A stretch of DNA of 64,000 nt from assembly GCF_001447785.1 (NCBI RefSeq), contig NW_015175363.1, positions 730,896-794,895 on the forward strand, read 5' to 3'. A program made the position numbers and the translations under genes. The DNA is from Gekko japonicus. Its lineage: Eukaryota. The notes under the pieces were generated by a model. It was not told the origin of the DNA. It saw only the letters and a program-made list of their open reading frames with translations, and made no database searches. This document shows, piece after piece, positions 1 through 12,125 of the stretch; position 1 is the first letter of the stretch, and each line of letters opens with the position of its first letter.

Positions 1-452
1 GTCCTCATGAGATCCTGCACCGACCTCTCGAGCTCCTGGATCCTGCCATCCTGGGATGCCCCCCAGTCTGGCTGCTCTTCCCGCTCGTCTCGTCCGGCCG
101 CTCTCTCCTCCGGCCAAAACTCTTCCTCCCCTCGATAAGCCACAGCCGGGCAACTCCGGGGTCTTTCAGGATAAGATCCCGGTTCAAAAATGCTTTCTCG
201 GGGCCCACTACCCCGATGAGCAAACGTTTCTCGGGTGCCTTGGGTATCGAACATAGTCCAATCCTCTGCAGCATGTACCTCTTGTTTCCCCCACTGCGAT
301 GGGGTAGGGGGAGGCCAAGGAATAGCCTCATGCCGCGGGACTGCTCCCCCAACGGCACCTCGGGCTTCCATGAAGTCCGATGGCAAGGCAGTGGCCGGGA
401 CGGCGCCTCGGTCCTCTGCCCAGAAAAAGGATTTCCCTTCGGCCCCGCTCAT
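1..452 (-). mobile_element. gag-like ORF (5' part) of an LTR retrotransposon, probably Gypsy/Ty3; open to the window edge
   Basis: ATG at 452-450 opens about 150 stop-free codons (MSGAEGKSFFWAEDRG...DGRIQELERSVQDLMR) running off base 1, directly inside an LTR. It is missing from the ORF track because no stop lies in the window. Confidence 0.65.
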
Positions 453-500
453 GATCGATGTCAGACTCGGGGTGAGGGGGAAAGTGGATTCTGGACAAAA

Positions 501-911
501 TGTCAGATCCCAAGCAGGAGAACAAACCCACGTTCCAAAGAAGTAAGATTTATTTCCAAAGCATGGTTAGTCATGAACATACAGAAATTGTCCAGAATGA
601 ATACAATACACAGGGGCAGTATAATATAGGAACTTCAAACTTGGTTAACCCAATGGGCTCAATTCCCTCGCAGGGGAGTTGATTAGAAAAGGCGCAATGC
701 AGCCTGAGAACTCCAACGGCTCATATCATAAACACAAGGTCAGTTCACACCAAAAACCACACGGGAATCTAATGAAGCAGAGCAAGAAGACATAACACTC
801 CGTCATCCACCTGTAGGAGAAGCTTGGCAGTTACAGTTGCATACCAGAAGAGAATAACACGGGGAGGGAGGGAAGAGGGACACGTCCCCGAGAGATGGCA
901 GCTCGCTGACA
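501..911 (-). mobile_element. 5' LTR of the LTR retrotransposon
   Basis: Termini TGTCAG (501) and CTGACA (911) form TG..CA inverted ends. A minus-strand AATAAA lies about 50 nt before the LTR end. An alternative inner boundary at 459 is possible. Confidence 0.7.
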
Positions 912-3900
912 ATTGTGTTCCATTCCCTTATGTTTTATATAGGTTTTAATATTATGTAATTATGTTTTAATTGTTCTAAATTTGTTGTATATATTTGTTG
1001 TTGTAACCCATCTTGAGCCCTGCTAGAAAGCTAATAAAATAATAAATAAATAAATAAAATACATATGTATTATCATGGGATGATTAATGAATCATGAAGG
1101 TGCATCTTGAGTTGCATGTTTAAAATACAAATTGACTGACAGTAGACTGTGCTTTTGGAATTCTGATCATCCATAGATCTAGAAATCCTAGAGGGATCTA
1201 ATTTTTCCAAGAGTAGCATGAAAGCTCCTCTGGGTGGTCAAAAGATTCCTAGGAGCATTGTGAGATGTGGTACCAGGAGGCAAGAAGGGGGAAGTAGAAG
1301 AAATTGCTCTCCCCATTCTTGTGCTAACAGATTTTCAAAATAGGACAAAAACTCATACATGAGGGGAGTGAGTTCCACTGGTGCCTGTCTCCTGTTTGTA
1401 GTATCTGTAGTTTGTGTTATTTCTGAGTTTTTCTATAACCTCAGAAGATTATTTTCAGGGAGTGCAGGGGTTTACAGAGAGAGGGCAAGGGGAAAAACAA
1501 ATCTTTTCTGTAAACTTCTAGTTCAAGGATAGATCCAACCCATGGTTTTTTGTTTTGTTTTTTGCCATAGCTTTATATTAGCTCTTTGCCATAGCTTTAT
1601 ATTAAAAAGTATGTTGTGCTAGAGGTAAAACAGAACTTTTAGTTATGGTGGTCTGTGTGTGTTATCATGCTGATGCTTTTCAATTTCCACGATTGAAAAG
1701 TAGATGAAGACATTTCAAAGTAGTCTTGAAGTACCCATAATGCCCAAAACTCTGGACTACTTTTTATGAATATGTTTCTTCCTTTAATGAAATCCCAGAA
1801 GATCCAGATAGGAAGGGAAATCTACATGGGAGAATGAGAAGAAAATGCAGGCAGACTCATCGCTGCTTGTTTTGTGGTTTTAATAATTTATAGTGCTGTG
1901 TGCATTCCATATAGCTCACTTGAAGAACTGTTGTTACTGTGTTTCTGCTTTCAGTTACAATATTAAGTGTTTTAATGCATCCATTTTAGTTTATTCTTGA
2001 AGAGGATACAGCAAAAGGGAAACAAACACAACCTGAAGATCAAGTTAGGTACTCAAAAGGTTTAGTAGCAAGAGCATGCAAAGATAATATTCATATTTAT
2101 TCCGCAGTGCACCAAATAAAGATTAAAAACAACATACATACATGAAAAATTTAAATACTGTCATATACATCAACCTATTAGAGTTGCATGTACAGTGAGC
2201 ACAAGATGTCAACAATGGTTTTACATAAAAATATATAACCATTAAGCCAGATGCATTTCAGTCCTTAAAGGCTTTCTTCAGTGGTCTAAGCAGTGTTGCA
2301 CACACACAGGGAGGAAGCAGAAAATATTGCCCTGATCCCTGTTTTGGGCTTCAGATATTATCACATAAACAAATCTAGCTGGCTGGCTGGTATTGCCATG
2401 GGTGAGGCCAATGCTTTCTGCCCTCATTCTGGCATTTTTGGCTGAGGATAAAAAGGGTTGATAGTGCACGACTGTGGTAGAAAGCTATCACCTAGTAGAC
2501 AAATTTTTGCCCTCTCCTGCCATTCCCCCTGAAAAATGTCCCCCCTCCTCATATGCAAGCTGTAAACAAGGAAGCAAAATGGGAGCATTTTGGCTTGGTC
2601 CTAATCTTATTTAAAGTTAATAATTACCTATAGACAAAATACATTATGGGGGGGGGCACTTAAATCAGAGCTGTTGAAGTTGCTCAGCAGGGAAATTGTT
2701 TAATTTAATTGCTGCAAATGCACAAATGAAGATAGCTTTGTATGTGTTCATCACAAGAGCCTGAGCCAACTTTTGTTGACTTGAGCGTCAAATGCTAAAA
2801 AGATACTGTTCCTTACAAGAGGGAAACCTTTGGGCTAGGCTACTTTTGTATTCTGTTCACTCTCCGATGTATCTCTGAATCAATCTTAAATCATTATTAA
2901 GATATACCATCTTACCAAGCTGTTCAAAAAGACTATCTCTCAAGTCAATAGATCTTTTTAACTTCCACTAAATGTATTTCATTTTTAATATCCACAAAAG
3001 AACAAAACCGTGCTTGAAAAGCAAAGCCCTTCATTCATATTTGAAGAGTGCCTTAACCACAGTGACTGAATCCAAATTATTATCTGGAGATTTCCAATTT
3101 TAGGGTGGAGAGAATCTAATAATTCAGGAATCTTACTCGGAATTAATAATTTTTGAAAAGGTCTTGTTTTTCTTTGACTGTGTCTTGAAATTTGAAATAA
3201 CCTTTTCGATTCTAATTCCTCAGCTGTTCAGAATATAGCAGTAGCTTCACTGCTGTTACATGGCTTTCTTGAGATAAAGTAAAGAAAATTTTCTTTAGAC
3301 AGTTTTGCCGTTGCCTGACCTGCAGTAATCCAGTCTGGTGTTTTTTGGGTTTTTTTGGCATCTTTTTTTTGTGGATGTTTAGTCATTAAAAATAATAACA
3401 TAAAGCTGTGGCTCTTGTAAGAGACAGTGTTAGTTGAAATAAATTTTGAGCCCCCCAGCATTGAGGGGGAATGGAAAAAAATTACAAGACACAAAACCTT
3501 AGTCTTGATTCAGTCTTTACTGCTCAATTGCCTTCCTCATTTAATTCAATGTGTAAAAATAATTTGTACCAATTGTGTCACTGGGTGGGATCATAATGTT
3601 TCCTATATACAGACACTACAGGAAGAAAAGCAAGAACAACAACTCTCCAGTAATTTAATAACATGATAATCAAATTTCAATGAACTGTCTAAAATTCATT
3701 AGAAAATGAGGGCTGCATAATGAAAGGGATGTGGTTGGTTTGCTGATTAGCCACTGCCTCTTGTCATTTTGCATATCAAAATCAGGTCATATGTTTTATT
3801 ACATATAATGTGATCCTAACAGAGAATGTCGTGTTATTCAACAGTCTGAAAAATAAGATAAAGCTATAAATACAGACCTGTTTGGTGTCCTTCATAAAAA

Positions 3901-3956
3901 TTAATGTGTGTACCATCAAAAGTTTTAAAGTAGCAACTAGGTGTGTGCATTTGGAT

Positions 3957-5055
3957 CAACCTGAGCTGAAAATGGGCTCCTCCTCTGGTAGCTGCCATTC
4001 TGTCACTGTGCCCACTGCCCTGTGCCAGAACTCCACAGGTGCCCGCCGGCTCTGAAACATCAGGGACCCTTGTTTTTCAGCTATTCCCGCAGTCGTCGGG
4101 AGGCTCTGGCCTTGGCCTCTGCTAGCAGTCCGCCTCCATGGAGCCACGGCTCCTACATGTGTGGCAGCCCTTCACCAGGCCCTGACCCCAGGCCAGGTGC
4201 TCTGGAGCACTCTGCTGGGTGACCGAGAAGGGCTGTCGTGAGCAGGGGGAGAGGCGGGCCACTGCAGTTATCAGGTGGCCGGGGCGGGACTCTACATTCC
4301 ACTGTTGACCCAGGGATGCCGACCGGGGCCAGCGCACTGAGTGGGATAGCACCAAGCGGCGAGCGAAGTGGCAGATGGCGTGAAGCAAGCACCTTCGAGG
4401 GGGCCAGTCAGGTTGGTCTGCGTGGCTGGAGAGCCATGGCCGAGTGCCCGGCCACCGCCGCTGCGAGGCTGCTGGGACTGGGAGGTGTGCAGGCAAGCAG
4501 GCAAGCCTGCCAAGGACAGCCAACTTGTCATGAAAGTCAGCAAACCACTCAGCAACTTTGCCCGGTGAGCGCAGCGGGGAGATGAGTGGCACAGCCAGAC
4601 AGCTGCTGGGGGTAGAGCTGGCGCTGTTGGGGCTGGGCGGGTGGGTGGCGGCGATGGAAGGGGCCTCGCTGCACTACGCCCTTCCAGAGGAGCTGCCACT
4701 GGGCTTGCTACGCCCATCTGAGGCCAGTGCTGCCTCCCTGTCCTCCTGCAGGGGCTGCTTCAGAGCTGTTACAGAGGGACCAGCCTGCGGCCGCCTCCAG
4801 CACTACCCACCCCCGCCGACAGTGCCACTGAGAGCCCGGCCGAGGGTGGTGGTGCCCTGCCAACCGTCCCGCCTGGGGAAGATGGCTGGGAAGAGTGCCA
4901 GGCTGGGCCGCAGTTGGCAGCCCACGAAAGAGGGGAGGGAAGAAACCTGCCTTGGCCACCTCCAGCCACAACGAAGCCCGAATGCACCACCTTCGGGAGC
5001 CTCCTGCGCCGAATGCTTGCCCCCAAGACCAGCCTAAATGGCATCCTCTTTCTCA
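3957..5055. repeat. Unclassified GC/CpG-rich interspersed element, related to 55580-56542
   Basis: Abrupt GC-rich island in an AT-rich intron. Its right end AAATGGCATCCTCT(T/C)TC is shared with the element ending near 56540. Confidence 0.5.
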
Positions 5056-6117
5056 TATATAAGGACAGATTGATTTAATCCATAAAGATAGTAACTCTTC
5101 CTTACATAGTTTCTTAAATTGTTGTTGCCTCTTATAATTTGTAATGATAATGTAATGATAATGCCTCTTATAATTTGTAATAACACCAGATAATGCTTTT
5201 TGTGTATTTATATTTTTTTTAAAAAACACAAAGTATATAACATCAAAATGTATCAATGTCATGGGAAGCTGGTATCACCTAGAAGAATCTGGAGCTTCAA
5301 ATGTTGTTGTGAATGTAGTTTCTATATTCACTCTGAGTTCGTACCAATATATCCCAGCTACCAAAACCCAACATATACAAAATATAGAATAAAATACAGG
5401 GAAAGCATATTCTACAGATGGGGGAAGCCATAAAATATTTCCATTTGTATGTCTTTATTTTCTTAAGATGGAGCTACATGTTTTGCATCTTTAATCTCAT
5501 CCCATATAAACCTACACGTTGCTGTTCATCTACCAAATGGTGTCACCAAGATGATGATACCAGTTAGAAAATAAATGTGGTGCAATTTGCTGTAGGAGAT
5601 GTTAGGTAGATTGTATGTATGACAGTCTGGGGTGGCAGAAGCAAGCACTAAAATATTTTGGCATGAAAATCCCCACACAGTATACTGCCACTGTCCTCAT
5701 GATCACAGTGCATGTTGATTTTGGGATTAACTGGGGGCTGTCTCCCTACACAACACTTCCACATCACAACACCAAGTATAATTGTGAAAGAGGCCAAAAC
5801 AATGTTTATTGACTGGCCTACAAGTGCTTGGCACCATTTACTGCTAGCCACTCTGAATGTAAATCATGATGGTGTTCCTTAGGTACCATCTCCTCTGACT
5901 TATTAAACCTGATTATGATATTTTCTGCCCTTAATATCAAAGAGGAGAACTGAGATTGAAACATAATTTTTTTATAGTGGGAGTGGGGAGCAAACTGGGG
6001 ATGTTCAGAACCAACATTATACCACTGAAATGTATGTATGCATATATAATTTTAAAATATTTAATTATGGAGAGTGAGGAGTAAGCTAGGAAATGCCAAG
6101 TTCTCATCAGGGTTCTT

Positions 6118-6400
6118 AAGAAGAAGAAGAAGAGAAGAAGAGATTGGATTTATACCCCGCCCTTCACTTGGAGTCTCAGAGCGGCTTACAAACTCCTTTC
6201 CCTTCCCCTCCCCACAACAGACACCCTGTGAGGTGGGTGGGGCTGAAAGAACTCTGACACAAACTGCTCTTTCAGGAACAGCTGTGCCAGAGCTTGTGAC
6301 TGACCCAAGGTCACATCAGCAGGTGCAAGTGGAGGAGTGGGGAATCAAACCCGGTTCTCCCAGATTAGAGTCCGCGCACTTAACCACTACACCAAACTGG
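6118..6400 (-). mobile_element. tRNA-derived squamate SINE (Squam3-like)
   Basis: Reverse complement of the SINE at 28432-28700: tRNA head CCAGTTTGGTGTAGTGGTTAAG and a (CTT)n tail. Confidence 0.8.
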
Positions 6401-6837
6401 CCTGGGGTCAGTTTCAGATGATCACTGCACCTCTTATAAAACACAGACCTCAGTCTGCCCAATAGCTTTCCAATCATCCACTAGCTTTCCAATCACCTGG
6501 AAAGACTACAAATGGAAACTGACTACAAGTTCATGCTGCAGCAGGTTGTCACACTAAACAGTACACTGTCACCACAAGTGACTGGAGCCAGAAGAAGGTC
6601 CCTATCCTGCTTAAGGAACCTCTAAACCCTATCTGACTCCTTTAAACAACATTCCCCCCCCCCTCACCACTCCTCCCTTCCCTCCAAATATTCCGTGGGC
6701 CCTGATTGTTCCTTTCTGACTTTCTGTCCTAAACATCAGTGTAGAAAAGGGATTGGCACATGCTGAAAAAGGGGATACATTTGGCTCGGTTTGTCAGAAT
6801 ATGCTTTAATACTGATGAGATGCTATTAATATTTCAG

Positions 6838-6953
6838 CTGGGAAGTTCTACGATTTCTTCTCTCTAACCTAAGGTGGTGGATAGAAGAATATGGCTTTGA
6901 TGGCTTTCGATTTGATGGCGTTTCATCAATGCTATATCACCATCATGGAATTG
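6838..6953 (+). CDS. GBE1: 1,4-alpha-glucan branching enzyme, exon equivalent to human exon 8 ([38 protein letters not shown])
   Basis: tttcag acceptor and gtaagt donor; 116 nt. Contains the GH13 GFRFDG motif with the catalytic nucleophile Asp. Confidence 0.97.
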
Positions 6954-7110
6954 GTAAGTCTGATTTGTTTTGTCGGAATTGTAATGTCATAATACAGTGG
7001 CATAATAATTCTTTAATTTGTTGATCATTTATTTTGGAGATGTAGTGGGAATGTCCATAACTTGACTTGTTATGTTTTCCTTGACTACCTGCGTTTTTCT
7101 TTCTTTCCAG

Positions 7111-7238
7111 GTGTAGGTTTTAGTGGAGACTACAATGAATATTTTGGTATGCAGGTTGATGAAGATGCTTTGGCATACCTAATGATGTCAAATCACATGA
7201 TACATCTCTTACATCCAGAATGTATAACAATAGCTGAG
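7111..7238 (+). CDS. GBE1: GBE1 exon equivalent to human exon 9 ([43 protein letters not shown])
   Basis: Polypyrimidine tract plus cag acceptor, gtaatt donor; 128 nt. Ends in IAE, the acid/base Glu. Confidence 0.97.
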
Positions 7239-7293
7239 GTAATTTTAGAATATATTTTCATTCTTATATTTTAGTTGTTCAGTTATTTGAAAG

Positions 7294-7505
7294 ATAGAAT
7301 CATAGAGTCGAAAGGGACCTGCAGGGTCATCTAGTCCAACCCCACACACAATGCAGGAAATTCACAACTACCTCCCCCCTACACCCCTAGTGACCCCCAG
7401 AAAATGGGGGTGGGAACCCTCCAGGATCCGTGGCCAAAGTGGCCTGGAGAAAATTGCTTCCTGACCCCAAAGTGGTGATTGGCATTTCCCTGGGCATGTA
7501 AGAAA
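7294..7505 (-). mobile_element. CR1-type LINE 3' end fragment
   Basis: ATAGAATCATAGAGTCGAAAGGGACC...GGTCATCTAGTCCAACCC is the reverse complement of a CR1 3' terminus with an ATTCTRTG-type tail. Confidence 0.65.
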
Positions 7506-9780
7506 GATGATTTAACTGAATCAGCTATGATTATATGAATTTTTCTTTACATATCCTTGTGTACAGTCAAACTATTATTAAATATTTTAGTTTTAGATAT
7601 CAGTGAAAAAGTTAAATACAAGCTTAAATATGTCCCATTTAAATAATGGGACTTAAATGTTGTTAGCGGGGCAGGACTGTACACATTATTTATTTATTTA
7701 TTTATTATTTTCAATTTATATCCCGCCTTGCCTGCATAGTAGTATGATTCTTTAAAATGAGGTTGCTTTTAATAAACCACTGTCATTCATGGGGGGGGAT
7801 ATTTGTCAGTATTATGATTAGGATGTTACAGATGTTACCTGTAGCCACTAATATTATTTTAATAGTGAGAGACAAAACTTTCCTTTTCAAAAATTATATT
7901 TAGATAATGAAGATAAATTTAAAATGTACTATGATCTTTAGTTAATACTCTTGTGATGTTCATACTATGTTACAATAAGTTTGCTTTGTTTATGATTTGC
8001 AAATGTGCACTAGTTATTAATGGCATTGAAAGCTTACAATTAATATTTCTAAAGCAATTATGCAGAGATATATGCATCAATGAAAAGTCTAATTTGTGAT
8101 AAATTGAGAGTGTTAAATGTTTATCCTAGTTATTATCAAAATTCATTGGAATGTTTAGTATTATAGATAGCATTTATCAATAAAACTTGATAGCGTTAAT
8201 CAGAAATGTTTTGAGGCACAAAGGAATGCTGCTATCATAAAGAACTGTGAACCCCAAAGTGCTTTCAGTAAAATTCTTATTCATGCAATTTGCAGCTTAT
8301 TTCAAGCAAAGAATTATCTCGAGGCTTTTTCTTCATTTCTTTCCCTTATTATTTATAACTAATGATGTAGTTAGTTTATATACAACTTGAATGAATATAT
8401 CATGAATGAGTAGAAATGGGCTGAAAGGATCAAAGGTTTCATAAGACTTAGTGGAGTGGATCCTATTTGTATCTACCTCAGTGCTTTTTGTTGTTTTAAA
8501 AAATGCTGCTGGTACACATATATTTCCACCAATTTCTGCTTCAGGACTTGGGAGAGTCCCCCCAAAAGGTGTCAATACTTAGTACCAGTGAGTACTACCA
8601 CAAACACACACACACACATACACAAGTCTTCCCAGCTCCGCTCCTACTGCACTGAGTACAGCTTGAAGCCTCATCCCAGCTTGAAAGCCTGTGATATAGG
8701 ACCTCAGTTTCCAGTCATACTCAAGCTTCCCTTATTGCATATATTAATTTACTGTGGTCTATTCCTTTTTTTAAAATGTATTGGCAAGATCTCAGTAGCA
8801 TCAAGTATTTAAAACAAAAGTTGATGAAATGAAGCAATTATGGGATGTATTAAACTTAAAATTGTCTTATTGATTTTGGGGTTTATTTCAAATAAAATTA
8901 GTTCATTGTCAGGAAGCCAGTGCATGGTTATCAGTATTCCTACCAATGAAACAGAGTCAAGCCTGTTTGCATTGCCTGATTTAAGGTTCTTTTTTTAACA
9001 AGATGTGCCTTCAATTTATTCTACTTAAATTGAAAACTAGTTCAATTTCAATACATCATTTTTCTGTCTAGTGGGAGCTTCTATACAAAATGTGGAATTG
9101 ATCCACATGCTCATGGTGGGAAGAAGTTGGGAAGGAGGAACTATTGATATCATTCTAAATTACAAATGGCTAGCATGAATTTGAGCTTGCATGTAATGAT
9201 AATGGAATGAGTGGCGCTACGGAAGAGGAATATGCTTTTGTCTAGAGTAGGATTGATGTATAGCCCTGTTCCATAAGGACCTGTCTGATAAAATTAAGCA
9301 ACAGAATGTTTTTCCCCCCTGAAATGTTCTGAATATTCTCCAACTCCAACTTTCTTCCTACGCACAGGGAAGAGAAACATATGAGAAAAGTGATATGTGC
9401 CTTACACTTAGATTCTGCTTCTGCTGTGCTAACACTAATAGTTATGAAATCAGACTAGCCTCCTCCTTTTAATGGGAGGATGAGTGATTGGTAGCAGCAT
9501 TGTGTCCTCTATTAATAATTTATTGTTTAAAACTAATAAACAGTCACAGTTCTAAATGCCTCATTACTTCCTTGGGCTAAGAGTCTGCACTATTTGCTTG
9601 CAAACTAGGCCTATTAAAGTTAATGTGTTTGGATATTTGATGCTGGAGTGTTCATGTGATAGTGTGTTCTCATAAGATTACTTATGTTGGCATCTTCTCT
9701 TACAGTTACGTAATTCTATGAGCACGTCCGTGAAGACCTAACCAGAGAGGAGTAAAAACATCCCTTAACAAACAGTCACA

Positions 9781-10085
9781 TCAGGCCTGCATAACTTGTG
9801 AATTGCCTATCTGAATGCAGACTAACAAACATGTATTGTAGTCTCCACATTGTTTGACACCTCTCATGTTTTTTGTAGTAACCCAGGAGGTTAACAGGTC
9901 CCCTGGCAGACTGTCATATGCTACCAGTGGCCTCTTCTCCACTGGGTTGTTCAATAATTTTTTGGGCAAAATAGGCTTACCTACCAGCATTGACAGATTC
10001 TCATGTATGCAGTTTGCTGAAATTCTGAACATTAATATAATTTCAATCTTTATACAAAGAGGAATCATAGGAAACTCACAATTGC
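9781..10085 (-). mobile_element. Penelope-like element fragment (RT-endonuclease linker)
   Basis: Minus ORF contains RPLVAY..LPGDLL...GVKQCGDYNTC, resembling the PLE linker and its Cys motif. Confidence 0.5.
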
Positions 10086-10094
10086 TGCCATCGC

Positions 10095-10235
10095 GGAACA
10101 CCACAGTCTGGTTACTACAGGGTGCTAGGTGGGACATGCATGCCACACCCATTCTCCAGTCATTTCCTTGGTTACCAACCAGTTATGAGGTTCAGTTAAA
10201 AGCTTCTGATTATCACTTACAGAGCCACAAATGGT
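10095..10235 (+). mobile_element. L2 LINE 3' coding fragment
   Basis: Translates to HATPILQSFPWLPT..VQLK, a degenerate L2 HITPxLxxLHWLP motif. Confidence 0.55.
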
Positions 10236-10541
10236 CTTGGACGGACACGGACACACACACACACTTTCCTCCAAGGAGTTCAGGGTGGTGTACATGCTTT
10301 CCCCCCTCTCCATTTTATTCCCATAACGACCCTGTGAGAAAGAGTATGAGAGATGGTGACTAAGCTAAATGCAACCAGTGATCTTTGCAGCAAAGATGAG
10401 ATTTGTGTCCAGGTGTACCCAGTACCTATTGTTATTACTCTATTGTCTCCATCTACCCTTGAAAGCTTTCTTGTTTTGAGGATGTAGTGTTGTTAATTCT
10501 TGTCAAATAATAATTTTGTTTGTTTTGTATTATTCTTCAAG

Positions 10542-10640
10542 GATGTTTCTGGAATGCCAGCCCTTGCTTGTCCAGTAATGGAAGGAGGTGGTGGATTTGA
10601 TTACCGACTAGCCATGGCTATTCCTGACAAATGGATACGG
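10542..10640 (+). CDS. GBE1: GBE1 exon equivalent to human exon 10 ([33 protein letters not shown])
   Basis: ttcaag acceptor and gtcaga donor; 99 nt; phase 0/0. Confidence 0.96.
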
Positions 10641-11123
10641 GTCAGAAGTTTATATGTTCTTCTGAGTTCATTTTTTAAAATTGTATTGTTAAATATAGTA
10701 AAACCTTTGTTATCCAGCATTTGATTAACCAGAATGCTCAATTAACTAACATCACCCAGAAAGCAAGCTTCTCAGCCACCATAGCCCTATGTCTGTACTC
10801 TGTGTATCCAGGGAGACCTGGTGGGGGTCTTTCCTAATGCACTGGTGGAATAAATGTGCTGTTTATACCTGCTGTAAAGCTCAGCACAATATGTAACAAT
10901 TATTATTCTATTTCATATACTTCATGCATTTATTGACTTTATTTTTGAACTAAATTCTGTTAATCATTACACTTACCTAGTAGCACTCAATAATACATAC
11001 ATTTGCTGGATTTCCATGTCCACAAGGAGAGGAATGATTTTCACTACTCCCCACAATGGAAGAAGTCAGATTTCCTCCTAAACTATTCATGGGAGCTCTC
11101 TGTCCCCCAAGAGCAGCATTTGG

Positions 11124-11172
11124 NNNNNNNNNNNNNNNNNNNNNNNNNNNNNNNNNNNNNNNNNNNNNNNNN
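11124..11172. other. Assembly gap (N run); other gaps at 16628-16810, 17223-17323, 30318-30453, 36136-36274 and 53817-53836
   Basis: Runs of n in the sequence. Confidence 0.99.
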
Positions 11173-11424
11173 TCCTTGGCTCACAGATATTTAGGCAGGA
11201 TTCAAACTATTAATGGCACATTCAGAAATTATGTAGTTCAAGCAAAGTTAAAGCATGTTTCCATGTAAGATTTACCAGTGTTGCTCTCTAATAATCCAAG
11301 CAATGGTTAATGGTGTTTCATTTTTAATGACAAAGAAAAGCCCTTCTATAAAAATGGTGATGGGTTTTGAACTAATAAGAAGATTGTAAGAGATTTAGGA
11401 GTTGTAGTGCATAGCTTCATGAAA

Positions 11425-12125
11425 ATATCAATTCAGCATGTGACAGCAATGAAAAAGCAAACTTCATGCTGGAGATTGTTAGGGAAAGGATGGGGAATAA
11501 AACAGAAATTATCTTAATGCCCTTGTGTAGAGCCATGGGGGGGGCTCTTCTGGAATAACGTCTATAGTTTTGGTCACTGTCTTTCAAAAAGGATACTGCT
11601 GAGCTGGAAAAAGTACAGAAGAGGGCAAGCAAGGTGATTGTGGGTTGATCACCTTTCCTAGAAAAAAAAAAGGCTAAAGGGGACATGTGGTGGAGAAAGT
11701 GGCCAGAGGAATCTTTTTATCCCTCTCCCATAATAGAGGGTGACTCAATTTGGTGACACCCTACAAAGTTGATGGGCAGTAGCACAGGATAGATGAATGG
11801 AAATACTTCTTTACTCAACAAGTAATTAAATTCTGGAATTCACGACCAGTGGCGGTAGTAAAGGCCATGAGAATCAATAGCTTTAAAAAGGGATGAGATT
11901 GGTGGATCATTAGTGGTCTATCAATGGCTATCTGCCATTGTGAGTAAATGGAACCTCCATATTCAGAGGCAGTAAAACTCTGAAACCCAGTGCTAGGAGG
12001 CAACTGAGGGAAGGCCTTGGCCTCTGTGCCCTGTTCGTTGGCCCTCCAGGGCAGCTGGTTGGCCAGAGTGAAACAGAATGCTGTTCTAGATGGACCATTG
12101 GTTTGATCCAGCAGGACTCTTCTTA
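11425..12125 (+). mobile_element. CR1 LINE 3' fragment, degraded
   Basis: Degenerate match to the CR1 RT C-terminus (ELEKVQKRA) and a 3' UTR similar to 21765-22492. Confidence 0.8.

Noticed and set aside
7062-7274. Standalone small ORFs overlapping GBE1 exons (also 10500-10724 and 19358-19576)
   Set aside because: They are exon reading frames extended into intron sequence, not independent genes.
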